IMG/VR virus record: IMGVR_UViG_3300020148_000031
Origin: an uncultured virus (IMG/VR IMGVR_UViG_3300020148_000031)
Taxonomy: Duplodnaviria > Heunggongvirae > Uroviricota > Caudoviricetes
DNA length: 64,000 nt
Strand: one strand, 5' to 3'
Both the position numbers and the translations under genes were made by a program. How positions within the stretch are numbered: position 1 is the first letter of the stretch; each line of letters starts with the position of its first letter. A model generated the notes under the pieces. The model ran no database searches. It saw nothing but the letters and a program-made list of their open reading frames with translations, and was not told the origin of the DNA. Shown here piece by piece: positions 20,483-30,719 of this stretch.

Positions 20483-22209
20483 AAAGAGTTTTGTCTTTCT
20501 TCTTTATAAGAACTAGCTATACTTCGCAATTCTCTAGCGTGGATTCGACCAGTATCACTGTCTTCAAGTCCCGATAGCATTCTTGTAAGTTCTGAAATTT
20601 TTTCATCATCGTTTAACTCGTCAACTCTTGTTGATACATTATTATCATCGACAGTCTTTAGAACCTTTAAATGATGATCAGAAAACGCTGCCACTTGAGG
20701 TAAATGAGTAACCACAATAACTTGAGCCTTTTGAGATAATAAGGCAAGCCTTTTCCCAATTTCAATAGCAGTTTGTCCACCTACCCCACTATCTACCTCA
20801 TCAAAAATAAAAGTAGGCGTGACTTCTGGGTTAGCCAGAACAACTTCAAGGGCTAACATAATGCGTGATAATTCTCCACCACTAGCAGATTTAGATATAG
20901 AACGCGGATCTTGATCAGGATATGCAAGCATAAAGTTTATTTCGTCTTTTCCATCGCTAGATACCGGGACTTCTTTTACTTCAATAATGAAAGTATTCCC
21001 TGTCATTGATAATCCAGAAAGTTCTGCATTAACAAGTGTAGATAATTCTAACGCTTTTTCTTTTCTCAAGGCTGATAATTCTTTAGCTTTCTCATGCAAT
21101 AATTCTTCAGCTTTTCTCAATTCTCTCTCAAGATCTTCAATAGGGTAATCATACTGACTTAATTCTTGAATTCTTACTTCAGCTTTTTCTCTTTGAGAAA
21201 TGACTTCTTTTAAATCTCCACCGTTGCGTTTAACGAAAGCCTTTAATTTAGCAACTCTTTCTTGAGCATCATAGAGCCTTTCAAGGCTTTCTGAATCAAG
21301 AGAATTCTTGTACTCTTCAATTGAATCCTGGAAAACATATAATGCATCAAGAGCAGTATTAGCCTGAGAGGTTAACTTTTCTATTTCTGAATCATAATTT
21401 TCAATTTTTGAAAGTATTCTTTTAATCATTTCGATTGATTGTGTAGAGCTTATAAATGAATCATCTTCTGGTTCTAGGATAAGAGAAACCTCTTGAATAG
21501 AATTTTTAATTTCGTCAATATTAGAAAGTGTAGATATTAAAGTCTCTAGTTCTTTAATTTCATTGTCCTCTGGAGCTAAATCATCGAATTCTTTAATGAA
21601 AAATTCAAGGATCTCCTTTTCTTTAATTCTAGCAAAAGAGTTTTCCTTAATATCTTTAATAAGATTAGTTATTCTTCTTACCTCTTTATATTTTTCGGAA
21701 CACTCTTTTTTAAGTTGTGAAGCTTTAATCCCAGCAAAGGAATCTAAAGCAACTTTTTGCTCTTGTGAGCTCTTGAGCCTATTTTGATCACTTTGACCGT
21801 GAATATTGATTAATTGTGACGAAATGGAAGCTAGAGTTCCCGAGGGAACCCTTTTCCCACCAAGGACAGAAAGAGATTTCCCGTCAGAATTAACAGATCT
21901 GTTGATAAAGAGTTGACCATCTTCAAGTTCTGCACCAGTATCTTTAATCTCTTCAATGAGTTTAGAATTTTTAACCTTCCAGACTCCTTCTACAGATAAA
22001 GTGTCACCTTTAGACCCAATAGATGATGAATCTGAACGCTTACCCATGAGAAGGTGTAACCCGGATAACACCATTGTTTTTCCGGCACCAGTTTCACCAG
22101 TAATAACTGTTAATCCACTAGAAAACGGTAAGACTGCTTTATCGATGATACCTAAATTCTTAATTGAGATTTCTTCTAACATACGCGCTTCTCTTTTCCT
22201 TACATTCAT
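20479..22209 (-). CDS. recN: DNA repair protein RecN (likely start 22182, MLEEI)
   Basis: TGETGAGKT, IHGQ, ASGGELSRIMLAL, FDEVDSGVGG and VTHLPQVAA motifs. Confidence 0.95.
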   Translation of the reverse strand: MNVRKREARMLEEISIKNLGIIDKAVLPFSSGLTVITGETGAGKTMVLSGLHLLMGKRSDSSSIGSKGDTLSVEGVWKVKNSKLIEEIKDTGAELEDGQLFINRSVNSDGKSLSVLGGKRVPSGTLASISSQLINIHGQSDQNRLKSSQEQKVALDSFAGIKASQLKKECSEKYKEVRRITNLIKDIKENSFARIKEKEILEFFIKEFDDLAPEDNEIKELETLISTLSNIDEIKNSIQEVSLILEPEDDSFISSTQSIEMIKRILSKIENYDSEIEKLTSQANTALDALYVFQDSIEEYKNSLDSESLERLYDAQERVAKLKAFVKRNGGDLKEVISQREKAEVRIQELSQYDYPIEDLERELRKAEELLHEKAKELSALRKEKALELSTLVNAELSGLSMTGNTFIIEVKEVPVSSDGKDEINFMLAYPDQDPRSISKSASGGELSRIMLALEVVLANPEVTPTFIFDEVDSGVGGQTAIEIGKRLALLSQKAQVIVVTHLPQVAAFSDHHLKVLKTVDDNNVSTRVDELNDDEKISELTRMLSGLEDSDTGRIHARELRSIASSYKEERQNSL

Positions 22210-22275
22210 TACTTATTCTACCAAAATATGAACACTTTTATTTAGATAATTAATATGTACCTAAAGGAGACTCTA

Positions 22276-23478
22276 ATGAAATTTCATATTAATCCTAGAA
22301 CAGGTAACCCTTCAGCCTGTAAAGCTAATAAAGGAAATTGTCCGTTTGGCGGCGCTGATGAACATTTTAGTGATAAGAATCTCGCTCAGAAATATTTCGA
22401 GAATGTGCTCAAATTAGAGTATGAGGAAGACATAAAAAGAGTAATGGAATCTCATTTAGAGGACTCGCCTCTTTTAGAAGACTATCCAAATATTTTTACA
22501 TATAGTCTTTTTGCGATGGAAAAATATAACAATAATAATTGGACTGAAAGAGAGCGTGAAGATCTTGCGAGAGTCTTTGTTATCGAGGATATGATTTCTA
22601 AGAAAGATGTTAGAGGTGCTGAAGAGATTCTTAGTCAATTTGGAATTGAAGAAACTAATGAAGACTGGCAAAAAAGAACAAGAAGTGAGAATCTTTATGA
22701 AATCGGTGAAAAAATAATACAATCTTATTATAATTCTCTTATAGTAGATAAAGCAGTTAACCCTCGACAGCCCATTAAAGGTTTAAGTAACTTACGAAAA
22801 TCGCAATTAGAGATTCTTCGTGAACTTAATGAATTTTCCGATGGAACATATATGTTCCATAAAGATATAGAACGATATTTTGATCTTACTCTTAATAAAT
22901 TGTCAGATAACAGAGTTTTTGAGCCTTATACTAAAAGAGATAAATCTGAAATCACCCGACCTAAAGATCTTTTATTACGCGCTCTTTCAAATAAAGAATC
23001 TGAAAATTTTTATAATCCTCTTTATTTAGCTTTAGGGTTCCCTGAAAAAGAACTTAAAGCCTCTTTTGATAAATATAATGTTGAGAATGTAAACGTTTCT
23101 TATTTTAAGAATGGTAGAGAGAACGGGCTTGTTTATACAGTTCGAGAACCAAATGGGAATACCCGATCTTTTAGTGTTTATGAGCATAGAAATAGTGACT
23201 CTATCATTATTAATGGGAAAACTAATTGGGACGGTGAGAGTCTCCCTTACGCTGAGGATTCTAAAAATGCTTTCTTTGCAGAGTTTAGATTTGATGATCA
23301 TGAGCAAGTTGCTGATGCTCTCATATTCTATTTGAAGAATGCTCAATCCGGAGAATTACAAGATGACGAATATCTCGTTTCTAATGCTCAAAAGCTAGAT
23401 TGGAAAGCAATCCTTTCAGAGCAACTACCAGGATTTAAAGACTGGATTGAAAAGTATGAAGATAAAAAGAAAGAATAA
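22276..23478 (+). CDS. HCCH-leader protein, unknown cargo
   Basis: MKFHINPRTGNPSACKANKGNCPFGGADEHF; AAGGAG RBS before ATG 22276. Confidence 0.8.
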   Translation: MKFHINPRTGNPSACKANKGNCPFGGADEHFSDKNLAQKYFENVLKLEYEEDIKRVMESHLEDSPLLEDYPNIFTYSLFAMEKYNNNNWTEREREDLARVFVIEDMISKKDVRGAEEILSQFGIEETNEDWQKRTRSENLYEIGEKIIQSYYNSLIVDKAVNPRQPIKGLSNLRKSQLEILRELNEFSDGTYMFHKDIERYFDLTLNKLSDNRVFEPYTKRDKSEITRPKDLLLRALSNKESENFYNPLYLALGFPEKELKASFDKYNVENVNVSYFKNGRENGLVYTVREPNGNTRSFSVYEHRNSDSIIINGKTNWDGESLPYAEDSKNAFFAEFRFDDHEQVADALIFYLKNAQSGELQDDEYLVSNAQKLDWKAILSEQLPGFKDWIEKYEDKKKE

Positions 23479-23553
23479 AGTCACCTATATTTTATATATT
23501 TTTTAAAGGAAAAATAGATATAATGTTCATGTAATAAAGAGAACGGATTCTCC

Positions 23554-24333
23554 ATGAACGTAGAGTTTTTAGCAAGTACATATGATTTACCTTTAAAAGA
23601 AACAGCAGAAGCATTAGAAAAAATTAAGAATCGTGAAGTATTCTTTTTGACAGTTTCTGGAAAGTTCGGCGCGGGTAAAGATTCTGTAGCTCCAGATGTA
23701 ATGAAGTCTTTAACTAAAGGTGAAGTGAAGCATACATTTTTTGCTAAGCATTTAAAAGACGAAGTGAATTCTGTTATTGAATTAATGAAAGCTTCTGATG
23801 ATTATGAAAAAGTATGTAATCAAATAATACTTCAGCAAAAATCTCTACCAGAACCAACTAAAGAAATTATTAAAGTCTTATGGGATGATGTTAAAAGTGG
23901 GGTTGTCCAAAAATCAACTGATAGAACTAAGTCTACACGTTTTGCCTTACAACAATGGGGTACGGAAGTGCGGCGAGCCGTAGATCCTAATTACTGGGTA
24001 AAGAAATCTATAAATGATGCAATAGTGAACCTCTCACAGGGTATTTCAATTTATGTTACTGATGCTCGTTTCCCTAATGAGATGGATGCGGCTAACAATA
24101 TTAATGGTCTTTCGATTAGACTTCTTGTTTCGGAAGAAGAACAAAGAAAAAGAATTTTCGGACGTGATGGAATTACATTAACTGAAGAGGCTCTTCGTCA
24201 CCCCTCTGAAACATCTTTAGATTCTTATACTAAATTTACAAGTATTATCAATACGGATATCTATACTGAGAAACAAGTCATTGAGAAATCTATTCAGGAT
24301 ATTAAATACTTTATTGAAAGCAGGACAATATGA
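23554..24333 (+). CDS. Deoxynucleoside monophosphate kinase
   Basis: SGKFGAGKD, FAKHLKD, LQQWGTEVRR, TDARFPNE and HPSE motifs. Confidence 0.85.
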   Translation: MNVEFLASTYDLPLKETAEALEKIKNREVFFLTVSGKFGAGKDSVAPDVMKSLTKGEVKHTFFAKHLKDEVNSVIELMKASDDYEKVCNQIILQQKSLPEPTKEIIKVLWDDVKSGVVQKSTDRTKSTRFALQQWGTEVRRAVDPNYWVKKSINDAIVNLSQGISIYVTDARFPNEMDAANNINGLSIRLLVSEEEQRKRIFGRDGITLTEEALRHPSETSLDSYTKFTSIINTDIYTEKQVIEKSIQDIKYFIESRTI

Positions 24334-24899
24334 GTAATGGAATCATTTTAGGAATTGATCTTGATGAGGTAGTATTCTCTTATATTAAAGGGTTGCGTTT
24401 AGCTATGAAATCTGCTGGACTTGAAGTGAAAGAAGAGGAGCCGGAATTTTATTCACTTTACGCTTCTGGATGGTTCAAGTCTGAGGAAGAGTTTAAAGAA
24501 TTCCACGGTGGTATTGTAGATAAGGGTCTTTATGAAAATCTAGAATTAATCCCTGGAGCAAGAAAAACCTTGTGGGATCTTTCAAATAGAGGTTATAGGT
24601 TAGATATTATTACCAGTAGATTTGTGAATCCTGGTCAACATTCTAAAGTAGTAACACAAACAATTAATGCATTAGAATCTAACAAAATCCCTTTTAATAA
24701 CCTTTCTTTTCTAGGTGGTAAATCAATATACAAGCCTGATGTTTTCCTTGATGATTCTCCAAAGAATATTGAGAGCATTAGGGCTTCGGGAACAAAAGCT
24801 GTAATTTTTGATTTTAGATATAACCGGTATTTAGATGGATTAAGAGTAAAAACGTGGGAGGAATTCTCGGACTTTTTAGGAGAAGAATATGGATTTTGA
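24330..24899 (+). CDS. HAD 5'(3')-deoxyribonucleotidase (NT5C-like)
   Basis: IDLDEV, ITSR, FLDDSPKN and YNR motifs. Confidence 0.8.
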   Translation: MSNGIILGIDLDEVVFSYIKGLRLAMKSAGLEVKEEEPEFYSLYASGWFKSEEEFKEFHGGIVDKGLYENLELIPGARKTLWDLSNRGYRLDIITSRFVNPGQHSKVVTQTINALESNKIPFNNLSFLGGKSIYKPDVFLDDSPKNIESIRASGTKAVIFDFRYNRYLDGLRVKTWEEFSDFLGEEYGF

Positions 24900-25416
24900 G
24901 ACAAGACTTAAAATAATGAAGAAAGACGAACTACTTAATAGATTCTTTTCCCCAGCACCAAAAAATATGATTAATCTCTTTGCTGTTAATTCAATTCTTC
25001 CAGTTTTTATTATAGTAGTTCTAGCATATATTTTTTATCCTAATATTTTGCTTATCTCGATTTTTATATTATTAGCTCTTGTTATTCAAAGGGTCACTTA
25101 TTTAGAAATAAAGAAATTTTATTTGAAAAAGAATTCTATTATTGAGAAGAATAATTTACTTGTTGATGAGGTTTTTGAAAGTTTAAAAACTAAGAAAACC
25201 TTAGAAAAAGAATATATTTTACTTTCCGTAATCAATTCTGTTAATTTTGATAGAGTTAATCTCTATAATTTGAGAGAGATAAATCATGAAAATTTTGTTA
25301 AGTTTTTGAAAAATATTTTTACTGAAGCTAACGAATCTCTCGATTGCACTAGAGGACATTATTCTCTTTGTCGCCATAAATTTCCAGAGCTTATTGAAAA
25401 AGAGGCTTCAAAATAG
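24889..25416 (+). CDS. Hypothetical membrane protein
   Basis: Two hydrophobic segments near the N-terminus. Confidence 0.5.
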   Translation: MDFETRLKIMKKDELLNRFFSPAPKNMINLFAVNSILPVFIIVVLAYIFYPNILLISIFILLALVIQRVTYLEIKKFYLKKNSIIEKNNLLVDEVFESLKTKKTLEKEYILLSVINSVNFDRVNLYNLREINHENFVKFLKNIFTEANESLDCTRGHYSLCRHKFPELIEKEASK

Positions 25417-25427
25417 AAGCCTCTTTT
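25398..25427. terminator. Bidirectional terminator between convergent genes
   Basis: aaaagaggcttc-aaaata-gaagcctctttt. Confidence 0.65.
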
Positions 25428-25441
25428 ACAAGTGTTGTTAA

Positions 25442-26230
25442 TTAAAACATATACGAACGTTTTCCACCCTCAGAATATTTTTGAATAAAATGTAAAATTT
25501 TCTCATTTTCTATGTCTTCTAGAACATTAGAAACTTGACTTGTTGAGCGTGATTCTCCAGTCTTTAACCTTGAATAAATGTTCTCTCTTAGAGTATCAGC
25601 ATACATAGCTGTTGCTTCAGGTATACTTACCTTATTTTCTCCAGCTATTGATTCTACTCTTTTCCAAATCGCAAATTCAGCCCTAGAGTCCATAAGTCTC
25701 TTATAATCAAAACTGGATATATTTTCCCCACTGGTAATTTTTTCCGAAAACTCAGCAGTGTTCTTGTCAAAATTAATTTTTGCTATTCTAAGTTCTTCAA
25801 TAGAACTAATAGCGTAAGACATATCCTTGCGCGCTTTTACTGCACTCTCAGTACTTTCGCTTCTGACGATATTAATGTTTTCTGGGTTTTCTCTAGAATA
25901 AGCTTTAGGATTTTTCCCGTCAAAGGATACATAAATATTCTTCTTTGCGCTTTTTATTTCTTCTACAACACCTTTACCTGGAACTACATCTCCAACCCTT
26001 AATTGATGTGGAAGAACCTCAAGTTTAACTTCAGTTGTGTCTCCAATTTTATTTTCTAAATCAGTTATTGTAATGCTGTTAAGAGTGTCATAGGCATTAC
26101 GACGTTCATACTCTGTACGTGCTACTGCCTCATTTGGGAAATGATCAGAAGCTCCACCAAAAGGGCACTCACCTACTGTGGCAGTACATTTTCCAACATT
26201 ACCTTCGCCATTAATATGAAATCTGGCCAT
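25442..26230 (-). CDS. HCCH-leader protein, unknown cargo
   Basis: MARFHINGEGNVGKCTATVGECPFGGASDHF leader. Confidence 0.8.
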   Translation of the reverse strand: MARFHINGEGNVGKCTATVGECPFGGASDHFPNEAVARTEYERRNAYDTLNSITITDLENKIGDTTEVKLEVLPHQLRVGDVVPGKGVVEEIKSAKKNIYVSFDGKNPKAYSRENPENINIVRSESTESAVKARKDMSYAISSIEELRIAKINFDKNTAEFSEKITSGENISSFDYKRLMDSRAEFAIWKRVESIAGENKVSIPEATAMYADTLRENIYSRLKTGESRSTSQVSNVLEDIENEKILHFIQKYSEGGKRSYMF

Positions 26231-26314
26231 TGTATACTCCTTGATAAATCAAATGTATTTTTATTTCTAACTCTTTTCTAGATCTGATATTGTTTTAATA
26301 AAGGAGTAACATAT

Positions 26315-27103
26315 ATGACAACATTAGAGGGCCCAGTAAAGAGACATTTAATGGGAAAGCTTCCTACTCATTCGAGTACAGTATCTCTTCATAAAAATTT
26401 CGTCGGACTCACTTCTGATTCTATAAAAGCAATTCTATTCAATGGAGAATATATTTCAGAAGAGGGTAAGCCCACTAAAAAAGCATTGCAAGAAGAGTTA
26501 CTTGATGTATGCGAAAGAAACATTATTTGGAATTTAGATAAAGTACAGAAACTATTCCTTACTCAAGGTATTACTCTTGAAAGAAAATATGTTAATCAGG
26601 ATCTTCCTGAAATGAGGAGTGAGCCCACATGGGCTAACCTTGGAACAATTTCAACATACTTTTCCACTACTTCGAATCAAGTAGGTAAATGGCTTGATGA
26701 ATTAGAGTTAAGAGACGAAGACGGAATGGCAAGCGAAAGTTCGCTAAAAAATGGTTTAGCAACAACAGTAGAAATGCATGTTGAAGGGAAGAAAACTAGA
26801 AAAATCACTCATTGGAATCTTCATTTAATTCTTGAAGAATTAATGGAAAGTGGACATCCTCTTGATTTTGATTATGAGAAGTCCCTTATTGGTACTGGGA
26901 AAAACAGTGATGTTAAAGTATCGTCTATTGATGATCGAGCTAGAGAGTTCGCTAAAGAGTTCGCTCGTCTTTATAAAGACCCTGAACGAAGAAAAGAATG
27001 TCCAATATTAGTGAGAAAAACCGCTTCTGGTGTCATTTTAAAAGCTGAAGAATTATTAAAAATGCCGGGTTTTATTAGTAAGAAACAATACTTGAGGCAT
27101 TAA
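26315..27103 (+). CDS. Hypothetical protein, possible HTH
   Basis: AAGGAG RBS; NLGTISTYFSTTSNQVGKWLDELEL is HTH-like. Confidence 0.55.
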   Translation: MTTLEGPVKRHLMGKLPTHSSTVSLHKNFVGLTSDSIKAILFNGEYISEEGKPTKKALQEELLDVCERNIIWNLDKVQKLFLTQGITLERKYVNQDLPEMRSEPTWANLGTISTYFSTTSNQVGKWLDELELRDEDGMASESSLKNGLATTVEMHVEGKKTRKITHWNLHLILEELMESGHPLDFDYEKSLIGTGKNSDVKVSSIDDRAREFAKEFARLYKDPERRKECPILVRKTASGVILKAEELLKMPGFISKKQYLRH

Positions 27104-27299
27104 AATATCCTTCTAAGTTTAATCGTATAATCAACAGATTTCCCAGAATTTTTACCCCAAGAATAAGAAATATCTTTTAAAATCTCTGTAACTTCATATT
27201 TTCCTTTTGGTAGCAATAATTCCATCTCTCGTTATGGACAAGGTTTGTCTTGGCTTTACATTGAGAGTAATTTCCTGTTTTTGGATTGATATAATATAT
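27100..27299 (-). pseudogene. Degraded HCCH-leader gene joined to an ADP-ribosyltransferase-like C-terminal fragment
   Basis: Hand translation: YYINPKTGNYSQCKAK, frameshift, then KPCP*-REMELLLPKGKYEVTEI...TIKLRRIF*. Confidence 0.6.
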
Positions 27300-27364
27300 A
27301 GGAAATTTTATTTTTCTATATATTTTAGAGATATATTTGCTACATAAAAATAAAGGAGCTTCTG

Positions 27365-27730
27365 GTGATAGTTTTATTTGATGATAACAGAATTTTTAAA
27401 AATAATGTTGATTGCGTCATATTAAGAAACAATAAAGAAGCAAAAGAGTGGATGAAAACTCTTGAAAAAGATCAAATTATAGATCAATTATGGCTAGATC
27501 ATGATCTAGGTGTAGTGAATGGGAAAATAGAAACAACAATACCATTCGTTAATAAACTTGAAAAACTTTTCATCAAAGAAAATCCGCTTGCTATTAAAGA
27601 GGTTATTGTGCATACTACTAATATTGTTGGTGGAGAAAGAATCATGAAGTCTCTCAAGCCTTTGTATAAAACTATTAGAGTTCCAGCTAGTGATTATTTA
27701 AAAGTTGATTGGCCAATTAGAATACTTTGA
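27365..27730 (+). CDS. Cyclic-phosphate-processing receiver-like domain protein
   Basis: LFDDNR, LWLDHDLG and VHTTN motifs. Confidence 0.7.
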   Translation: MIVLFDDNRIFKNNVDCVILRNNKEAKEWMKTLEKDQIIDQLWLDHDLGVVNGKIETTIPFVNKLEKLFIKENPLAIKEVIVHTTNIVGGERIMKSLKPLYKTIRVPASDYLKVDWPIRIL

Positions 27731-27736
27731 AATAGG

Positions 27737-27838
27737 TTATTGCATAGAGTTATTTCTATCTTCATCTGAATATGAAGCATCAGTAACTCCAGATCGAACA
27801 ACCACTAAAACAATAGCTGTATAGTCTTTATTTACCAT
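27737..27838 (-). pseudogene. Internally deleted remnant of a vWA-domain gene
   Basis: GGAGG RBS then MVNKDYTAIVLVVVRSG (cf. vWA hhhDxSGS start) joined directly to a short C-terminus; 33 aa. Confidence 0.4.
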
Positions 27839-27853
27839 ATTTTCCCTCCGATG

Positions 27854-28624
27854 TTAAATATCGGACTCCTCTGGGTTCTTCTCATCAGGTTGCTTGAGGG
27901 GAGGGAAAATATTAAGAGTGTTACCAGCCCTGTAAAGATCAGACTTTCGACCTCCATCGACTTGGCTTGAACGTCGTCCCCCAACGGGAACAATAAGATC
28001 AGGTACAGACTGAATCTTCCTGCGGAAATTTGACGGAGTAAGGGTAACACCCCAGACAATTTCATAAACATGTCGAAGCTCAGAAAGGGTAAAAACTTCA
28101 TCCTCTAAGAACAAGTGAGCGATAGGAGCGTATTCGATTTTAGCTCGAACTCTTGAGAGCCCGTCAGCGATAATCACTCGGTGATCAAAAGCAAGATCAA
28201 AGTCGTCTGAAAGAACATCTTCAACAGGGAAGAAGTGAGCGCTCTCAGCATCATCTCCAGCCTTTGGATTCTTTACCTTTGGAACAAGAGCAACATAAGC
28301 AGTGCTTACAATATAACCCCTCTTGTCACGATGAGGATTACCATATGTCTTAAGCTGTTCGAGGTATCCTTCTTCAAGGGTAAGACCGGTTTCCTCAAAT
28401 AGCTCGCGAGCGGCAGCATCATCAAGGCTTTCGTTAATGTTAACAAACCCTCCGGGAAGACCCCACTTCCCCTTCTCTGGGTGACCACCACGCTTGATAA
28501 GAAGAATTGAAAGCTTGTCATTGCGAATAGTAAAGATTGAAAGATCAACAGTTACACCTACACCGGGATAATCCTTGAGATTATATCCGGCAAGGAATTC
28601 TTCCTCAGTCTGTTCGATAGTCAT
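27854..28624 (-). CDS. nrtR: NrtR-type Nudix hydrolase / wHTH regulator
   Basis: Intact Nudix box GGFVNINESLDDAAARELFEETGL, LAFDH, and wHTH FTLSELRHVYE...NFRRKI. Confidence 0.85.
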   Translation of the reverse strand: MTIEQTEEEFLAGYNLKDYPGVGVTVDLSIFTIRNDKLSILLIKRGGHPEKGKWGLPGGFVNINESLDDAAARELFEETGLTLEEGYLEQLKTYGNPHRDKRGYIVSTAYVALVPKVKNPKAGDDAESAHFFPVEDVLSDDFDLAFDHRVIIADGLSRVRAKIEYAPIAHLFLEDEVFTLSELRHVYEIVWGVTLTPSNFRRKIQSVPDLIVPVGGRRSSQVDGGRKSDLYRAGNTLNIFPPLKQPDEKNPEESDI

Positions 28625-28633
28625 TTTTTCTCC

Positions 28634-29224
28634 TTAAGCAGCGTAAAAATTTACTTTGATGTTATGTGCAGGGAACTCTTGAATAAGAGTTCGGCGCACA
28701 TTTTCTGGGTTGATTCCAGCAATAAAGCGAGAGTCAATAGAAACATTGAACCCCTCCTTTGCGGCGTCAAGTGCTGTTTGGCGTACACAATAGTCAGTGG
28801 CAAGTCCAATGACTGTTACGTCAGTTACGCCAGAATCTTTAAGAAGATCAGAAAGTTTTTCGCTTGTGCTTGCGTCAAAACCTTCAAATCCAGAATAAGC
28901 AGCTTCGTACATACCTTTACGAATGACAAAATTTACTTTTCCTTCAAGTGCGGAGTCAAGAGGCTTGACAATATTTGACCCAAATTGACCAGCTACACAA
29001 TGTACTGGCCAAGAGTTAATAAAGTCTGGTTCTTCGGCAAAATGGTCACCTGGATCAATATGCCAATCCTGAGTTGTCACTACATAATCAAACTTTTCAA
29101 GGTAAGAATTGTGGTTAATTTCTTCGGCAAGCTTGTTTGCAATGGCTTGTCCACCATCCACTGCAAGAGATCCGCCTTCAACGAAATCGTTTTGAATGTC
29201 AACGATAATAAGTGCGTTAGCCAT
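28634..29224 (-). CDS. pncA: Nicotinamidase
   Basis: VDIQNDF, QDWH, WPVHC, KG..AYSGF and GLATDYCV motifs. Confidence 0.95.
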   Translation of the reverse strand: MANALIIVDIQNDFVEGGSLAVDGGQAIANKLAEEINHNSYLEKFDYVVTTQDWHIDPGDHFAEEPDFINSWPVHCVAGQFGSNIVKPLDSALEGKVNFVIRKGMYEAAYSGFEGFDASTSEKLSDLLKDSGVTDVTVIGLATDYCVRQTALDAAKEGFNVSIDSRFIAGINPENVRRTLIQEFPAHNIKVNFYAA

Positions 29225-29290
29225 TTTGTCCTCCTGACCTTTATTTATACTATATATTATATCAACTTAAAAATCAAATTGATACTTAAG

Positions 29291-29569
29291 TTATCTGGTG
29301 ATTGGAACTACACGTTCACGACCGAAAGAGAGAGTGGTAAGTTTAGGGCCAATAGGGTATTGCCTACGCTTCCACTCTGCTACATTAACTTTACGAACTA
29401 TTGAATCAGCAATATCTCCATAAGTCTTTCGAAGAGTCTCAACTTCTGCCCGGCCTTCAATATGATCTTTCAACAGAGAGTCAAGAACTTCATATTTTGG
29501 AAGCGACTCTTGATCAACAGCTTTACACACAGAAAGCTCCCCTCTTTTAGTCATATGATATGTAAACAT
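29291..29569 (-). CDS. Protein with truncated HCCH leader (possible pseudogene)
   Basis: TYHMTKRGELSVCKA, then lacks the CP..H half; strong GGAGG RBS. Confidence 0.5.
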   Translation of the reverse strand: MFTYHMTKRGELSVCKAVDQESLPKYEVLDSLLKDHIEGRAEVETLRKTYGDIADSIVRKVNVAEWKRRQYPIGPKLTTLSFGRERVVPITR

Positions 29570-29704
29570 ACTCCTCCCTTATCAGTCATCAAAAAGAGAA
29601 TGACGATATTCATGTTATATCGAGTTCTGTGAAAGGCTTAAAATGAGAAAGATTATCTAATGGAGTTGTTTAGATAATTATTCATAATAAGGAGAAAACA
29701 GAAA

Positions 29705-30706
29705 ATGACTTTTCACATTAATGACAACGGCGATCCAGGTAAATGTTCAGCGCAGAAGGGGAATTGTCCATTCGGCGCTACGGAAGCACACTTCGATACT
29801 GCTCAAGAAGCCAGAGGAGCCTATGAAGCTCAACAAGAATCTTTTCTTTTGAGGAGTCTCAGTAAGAAAGAACAAAAAAATAAACTAGATACTAAGAAAA
29901 TAAAATTCAACAGTGATAGTCCAGGAAAACAAGAATACCTTTACGCTTTCGCTCAAGTAAGGCGCCGACTTGAAGAGAGCGGCGATGATGAATACGCCTC
30001 CTATGTTGATGGAGTCAGAAACCTTGTTCGTGCCGAGCACGTGAATCGACTTAACACAATTATTCAGAACGACCCTGAATTAATCAACGAAGTAAAGGAA
30101 ATAGCTAGGAAACGATATGACTACAATAGGTCCCCCGAGGGTATTCAGGAAAAACTCATTGACAATAATTTTAAAGCTGGAGAGAGAGCCGCGAACTCTA
30201 AAATCGGAATTCCTACCGGAGGCATGGCGAGGAAAATGGCAATCCATGAAACAAATCCGTTAAAACTTTCTAAGCTCGCCGGCCTTGTCAACGATAAAGC
30301 AAGGAACACTAATAAAATTAAATTATTTTCCAGGCCTATTTTAGCGGAAGACGATTGGAGCATCGCTAGAAAAGAACTAGCAGCTAACTCAAACGTTCCA
30401 ACGAAGATATTGGATAAATGGACTTACACGGGGAGTCTTCACGAGGGTTTATCGAGAAACACAAACATTTCACAGTCGGCACTAAGGGAGATCTATTTAC
30501 ATAACAGAGGATTAGTGCAACACACTAATCGCGCTGTTGCTGAAGCTGAGAACAATGAACAATTCAAAATTACTGTTAATGTTCTCAAAAATCCCAAGTG
30601 CACCGATGAGCTTATGAAAGAAATAGAGTTCGGAGATAATTTCTGGACTGAAGAGCAACGTGATGAGATTAAAAAACTAATTGAAAAGAAAAGAAGCTTA
30701 ATCTAA
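29705..30706 (+). CDS. HCCH-leader protein with LRV/helical-repeat-like C-terminus
   Basis: MTFHINDNGDPGKCSAQKGNCPFGATEAHF leader; LAANSNVP, LSRNTNIS and LKNPKCT repeats. Confidence 0.8.
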   Translation: MTFHINDNGDPGKCSAQKGNCPFGATEAHFDTAQEARGAYEAQQESFLLRSLSKKEQKNKLDTKKIKFNSDSPGKQEYLYAFAQVRRRLEESGDDEYASYVDGVRNLVRAEHVNRLNTIIQNDPELINEVKEIARKRYDYNRSPEGIQEKLIDNNFKAGERAANSKIGIPTGGMARKMAIHETNPLKLSKLAGLVNDKARNTNKIKLFSRPILAEDDWSIARKELAANSNVPTKILDKWTYTGSLHEGLSRNTNISQSALREIYLHNRGLVQHTNRAVAEAENNEQFKITVNVLKNPKCTDELMKEIEFGDNFWTEEQRDEIKKLIEKKRSLI

Positions 30707-30719
30707 GAAAACTAGCGCT

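Noticed and set aside
22276..22400. Leader module as a Sec/Tat signal peptide or lipobox
   Set aside because: No hydrophobic h-region and no twin-Arg; the module is polar with fixed His/Cys spacing.
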